From: an uncultured Desulfobacteraceae bacterium
Lineage (GTDB): Bacteria; Desulfobacterota; Desulfobacteria; Desulfobacterales; Desulfosalsimonadaceae
DNA length: 53,039 bases
Assembly (NCBI GenBank): GCA_964635265.1
Contig: CAZWNV010000001.1
Coordinates: forward strand, 1 to 53,039
Direction: 5' to 3'
The notes below the pieces were generated by a model that was not told the DNA's origin, did not search any database, and saw only the letters and a program-made list of their open reading frames with translations. The translations under genes and the position numbers were made by a program. Of this stretch, positions 49,480-53,039 are shown one piece after another. Position 1 is the stretch's first letter. Every line of letters starts with the position of its first letter.

Positions 49480-51819
49480 TTAGAAGCCTTTAAACGGGTT
49501 GGGGCCCAGCTCCTCGATATGTTCAACAAACTCGTTGATGATACCGGGGATCTTGTCATAATCATCAATGGCCACCTCATACTGGGCAACCCGTTCCTCT
49601 TCAAGGGCAAGGCTCGCCAGCGCTTCACCGATCTTCTGCATCCGGATCTGGGCCAATTCCGAGCCTTTGACAAAATGGCACTGATAGTCGTCACCCTTTT
49701 TGCAGCCCAGCAGAAAAACACCGTCCATCCCTTGGGACATGGCATCCTTGATCCAGATCACATTGACCGAGCCCAGACAGCGCACCGGTATAATCCGCAC
49801 ATCAGCGGAATAGGACTGATGGTGGAGGCCGACAACATCCAATGCCGGATAGGCGTCATTTTCACAGACCAGGCCGAGAATCCGGAGCGGCGGCTCATCA
49901 TAATCGTCTTCCGATGGTACTTCCACAGCCTTCACCATGGAGCCGATACTGTCAATATTGTAGTCGGGAAAGCCGATGATGCGCTCGGGGCATGCGCCCA
50001 TACAGGTCCCGCAGCGGCGGCAGCGGGTAATGTTGGGCTTGGGCGTGCCTTTTGCATCGTCATCCAGCGCGCCGAACGGACATTCTTCCGTACAGCGCTT
50101 GCACTGGGTGCAGCGCTGAAAAAAGAATTCCGGGTATCCCATATCCCCGGAACGCGGATGCACCGAGACACCGCGATTGGATGACTCCAGGCACTGAATC
50201 GCTTTCAGGGCTGCACCGGAGGCATCCTCGATGGATTCATCGATGGTCATTCCCCGTCGTACGGCGCCTGCTGCGTAGATTCCTGTACGCTGGGTCTCGT
50301 AGGGGAAGCAGATAAAATTGGAATCCGCATACCAGTCAAAAATGTCGTTGTCGCGAAATCCCGGCCCCTGCCGGTATGCCAGGTTCACCGTGGGGTTGTC
50401 GGCGGTCACCGGCACCATTCCGGTGGCAAGAACCACCATGTCCGCCTTCATCTGAATGGCCCCTCCCAGGAGGGTGTTTTCGGCATCGACCACCATTCCG
50501 TCACCGTTTTTGGAAACGCCGGTCACCTGGCCCTTTGTCATGAAAATGCCGGGATCCTCCTGCAGGGCTTTGTAGAAATTCTCGGAAAGCCCCGGCGTGC
50601 GCATGTGCTGATAGACAATGTAGGCCTTGCCGTCCGGGTAGTCTTCACGCAGGTACTTGGCCTGCTTGAGCGAGACCATGCTGGTAACCGCTCCGGTATA
50701 GGCAAAATCGCTGTCATCCTCTTGGGCGCCCGGGCTCTGTACAAACACTACAGACTTGGCCTCCCTGCCGTCCGAGGGCCGGGTGATTTTGCCCCTGGCC
50801 GCGATTTCTTCATACTGATAGTTGGTCACCACGTCCGGCATCTCCCCGTAGCCCAGATGCGAGAATTCGCCGTCTTTCGGCTCATAGGGACGCCAGCCGG
50901 CCGCCAGCACGACCGATCCGAACTGCTCGCCGTTGGGATCGATGGTGAGAATATCCTTGCGCCCCTCATTATATTCCAGGTATTTCTCCATCAGGGCTTC
51001 GTTATCCAGTTCCTTGCCGTTTTCATCAACCTTCATCTCTTCCGGCAGGGGATAGGGCACATCGAACTCGATACGCTCACCCGGTTTTTTCAGTGTTACC
51101 GTAAACTCTCCGGGCTGGCCGGCGATCCGGGCGACCACTGTCTCGGTTTTCACCGTGATTTTGGGATCGTTCTCCACCTTCCGGATCATCTCCCCGACTT
51201 TGCTGGGAATCAGGGTGTCGTAGGGCGGCTGGACCGGAAGCTGCTTGCGCCACTTGGCGGAGTTGCCGCCGAGCTGGGCCTCCTTTTCCACGATGGTGAC
51301 CTCGTAGCCCAGGCTGGCCGCATCCAGGGCCGCGGTCATGCCGGTCACACCCCCGCCAAGGACCAGGATCCTTCTGGAAAAGGTTTCCGGCACGTAAGGC
51401 TCCGGCAGGCGGACCTTCTCCACACCGGCCATGCTCATCCGGAGATAGTCCTCGGCCATCATCTGCACCGTGTCAAATTTCTCCTCATCCTCCTTTTCCT
51501 CCTCGGTCAGGGCGGGAAATTCCGAGCGGGGATGGGACCAGGCCACGCCCTCGCGCAGGTTGACCCGGTCTACGATGCAGCCGGGAAAATGAAACACGTC
51601 ATGGTTGACCCGTTTGGAGCAGCCGGCGATAATGATGGTGTTGGTGCCGTTTTCCTCGATATCCTGCTTTATCTGCGCAACCCCTTCTTTTCCGCACAGA
51701 AAGCCGTGGGTTTTGCACGGCAGCGCTTCTTCCTCCACCACATCACACAAAGCTTTTATGTCCAGGGCATCACCGATGCCGCAACCTGTACAGATATATA
51801 CACCATATTTTTTACTCAT
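49480..51819 (-). CDS. qmoB: Quinone-interacting membrane-bound oxidoreductase subunit QmoB (HdrA-like flavoprotein with MvhD-like domain)
   Basis: 779 aa. N-terminal YICTGCG, FAD fold ILVLGGGVTGMTAALDAA, ferredoxin motifs CTQCKRCTEECP and CRRCGTCMGACP, and a C-terminal MvhD-like CENDAYPALD...GCKKGDDYQCHF. Confidence 0.9.
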   Translation of the reverse strand: MSKKYGVYICTGCGIGDALDIKALCDVVEEEALPCKTHGFLCGKEGVAQIKQDIEENGTNTIIIAGCSKRVNHDVFHFPGCIVDRVNLREGVAWSHPRSEFPALTEEEKEDEEKFDTVQMMAEDYLRMSMAGVEKVRLPEPYVPETFSRRILVLGGGVTGMTAALDAASLGYEVTIVEKEAQLGGNSAKWRKQLPVQPPYDTLIPSKVGEMIRKVENDPKITVKTETVVARIAGQPGEFTVTLKKPGERIEFDVPYPLPEEMKVDENGKELDNEALMEKYLEYNEGRKDILTIDPNGEQFGSVVLAAGWRPYEPKDGEFSHLGYGEMPDVVTNYQYEEIAARGKITRPSDGREAKSVVFVQSPGAQEDDSDFAYTGAVTSMVSLKQAKYLREDYPDGKAYIVYQHMRTPGLSENFYKALQEDPGIFMTKGQVTGVSKNGDGMVVDAENTLLGGAIQMKADMVVLATGMVPVTADNPTVNLAYRQGPGFRDNDIFDWYADSNFICFPYETQRTGIYAAGAVRRGMTIDESIEDASGAALKAIQCLESSNRGVSVHPRSGDMGYPEFFFQRCTQCKRCTEECPFGALDDDAKGTPKPNITRCRRCGTCMGACPERIIGFPDYNIDSIGSMVKAVEVPSEDDYDEPPLRILGLVCENDAYPALDVVGLHHQSYSADVRIIPVRCLGSVNVIWIKDAMSQGMDGVFLLGCKKGDDYQCHFVKGSELAQIRMQKIGEALASLALEEERVAQYEVAIDDYDKIPGIINEFVEHIEELGPNPFKGF

Positions 51820-51828
51820 GGTTACCTC

Positions 51829-53039
51829 CTACCGCTTCACCAGGGTTTGAATCGCTTTGAGAGCCATACCGGTTGCGTTCTGGTTGGATGAAACCACATC
51901 GGCCGGCTTGTTGGCGCAACCAGCGGCAAACATGCCGCCCTTGTCAAAATCATTTATGATAAATCCGTCTTCCGTATACTGTAAGTCGGCCGGCAGTTTC
52001 GCCTTGGCGGCGGTGGGCTGCATGCCGGTGGCCAGTACCGCCATATCCACCGTCTGGCGAATCTTGTCGCCGCTTAAGGTGTCCTCGGCCACCACGGTTA
52101 CCTGCTCGCCATCCGGGCCTTCTTCCACCTCTGCGACCTTGCCCTTGATGAAAAAGACGTTTTCATCCTCCTTGACCTGGTTGTAGAACCTTTCATAGCG
52201 GTATCCCGGAGAGCGGATATCAATATAGAAGATGTAGATTCTGGCATCCGGATACTGCTCCCGGAGATAGGTGGCATGCTTGAGAGAAGCCATGCAGCAG
52301 ATGTAGGAGCAATAGGGCAGATGATTCTCATCGCGGGAGCCGGCGCACTGCACAAAGGCGATGGTCTCCGGCGCCTTATTGTCGGAAGGCCGCAGGATCT
52401 GGCCCTTGGTCGGCCCATTGGGCGCGGCCAGGCGTTCCAGCATCATGTTCGTGATCACGTTGGAGAAACGGCCATAGCCCAGGTGATCGAGATTTGTTGG
52501 ATCATAGGGCTCCCAGCCCGTGGCCCAGACCACAGCACCCACTGCCAGGTCAAAGGTCTTGGGCTGCATCTCCAGGTCCACCGCGTCGTAGGGACATGCC
52601 TCCTGTACGCGCCTGGCATCTTCTGTGCCCAGGATTTGCGGCGATATGACGTAGCGAGCGGGGAAAGCCATTTCATGAGGCAGATAGGCGCCTTTGCTCT
52701 TGTCCATGCCGAAATTGAACTCATTGGGGATCTCCAACTGACAAGCCTCTGCGCAGGCTCCGCAGCATGTGCAGTTTTCGTTGACGTAGCGGGGATTTTT
52801 CTTGATCGTGACGGAATAGTTGCCCGGGCCGCCTTCCACACTCTCGACTTCGGCCATTGTGTAGACATGGATGCGCGGATTGTCCTTGATACGCCGGAAA
52901 TTGATCTCGAGACCACAGGTGGGAGGACAGAGCTTGGGGAAATACTGCTTCAACTGAGCCACTCGCCCGCCTAAATACGGGTTCTTTTCAATAATGAAAA
53001 CTTCGTACCCCACTTCGGCGGCTTCGAGGGCTGTTGTCA
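51829..53039 (-). CDS. qmoA: Quinone-interacting membrane-bound oxidoreductase subunit QmoA (HdrA-like), 5' end outside window
   Basis: The frame stays open to the window edge (TTALEAAEVGYEVFIIEKNPYLGG is the FAD-binding region). CTCCGACAEAC ferredoxin-like motif. It ends 9 nt before qmoB. Confidence 0.9.
   Translation of the reverse strand, partial: TTALEAAEVGYEVFIIEKNPYLGGRVAQLKQYFPKLCPPTCGLEINFRRIKDNPRIHVYTMAEVESVEGGPGNYSVTIKKNPRYVNENCTCCGACAEACQLEIPNEFNFGMDKSKGAYLPHEMAFPARYVISPQILGTEDARRVQEACPYDAVDLEMQPKTFDLAVGAVVWATGWEPYDPTNLDHLGYGRFSNVITNMMLERLAAPNGPTKGQILRPSDNKAPETIAFVQCAGSRDENHLPYCSYICCMASLKHATYLREQYPDARIYIFYIDIRSPGYRYERFYNQVKEDENVFFIKGKVAEVEEGPDGEQVTVVAEDTLSGDKIRQTVDMAVLATGMQPTAAKAKLPADLQYTEDGFIINDFDKGGMFAAGCANKPADVVSSNQNATGMALKAIQTLVKR

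Noticed and set aside
50605-51891. 428-aa plus-strand ORF
   Set aside because: It is antisense to qmoB and qmoA.

Overview
GC-rich chromosomal window. From gene content (sat plus qmoABC) I infer a deltaproteobacterial (Desulfobacterota) sulfate reducer. All protein calls rest on motifs read from the supplied translations and on synteny; no database search was run. Start codons were refined by eye using RBS position and N-terminal family motifs.

Layout:
- 1-11 kb: a long co-directional housekeeping array, nusA'-infB-DUF503-rbfA-nrnA-truB-rpsO-pnp-dut-MBL hydrolase-yjbQ-cobS.
- 11-20.6 kb: a translationally coupled Fe-S/flavoprotein pair, an acyltransferase, cobD, a transglutaminase-like gene, a dGTPase-like/YkgJ/YkgJ operon, and dus.
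- 20.8-31.6 kb: crotonase, rimO, polyprenyl synthase, a secreted unknown, an RNase-H-like exonuclease, PEBP, sucrose synthase, ferredoxin, an NMO/FabK-like gene and plsC.
- 31.6-40 kb, minus-strand run: GT4, xthA, flavoprotein, DUF2156, PurF paralog, carB.
- 40-44.4 kb: small unknown, cNMP-binding protein, PflX-type radical SAM, TIM barrel, then a promoter, cobalamin riboswitch and terminator in front of cobT.
- 44.5-53 kb, minus strand: small unknown, sat, TIM barrel, ADP-ribosylglycohydrolase, a terminator, then qmoC-qmoB-qmoA (qmoA runs off the window).

I saw no rRNA, tRNA, CRISPR array, transposase or integrase. The many long ORFs antisense to real genes are GC-driven shadow ORFs.

Best candidates for undescribed biology:
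1. The ADP-ribosylglycohydrolase plus AP-endonuclease-2-like TIM-barrel unit between sat and qmoABC. A paralogous TIM barrel abuts the B12-riboswitch/cobT.
2. The cNMP-sensor / PflX radical-SAM / TIM-barrel cluster at 40.2-43.0 kb.
3. The TGATG-coupled Cys-dense Fe-S protein plus CrtI-like flavoprotein between cobS and cobD.
4. A PurF paralog lacking the nucleophile Cys, sitting directly upstream of carB.

All four are hypotheses that need homology and neighbourhood checks.
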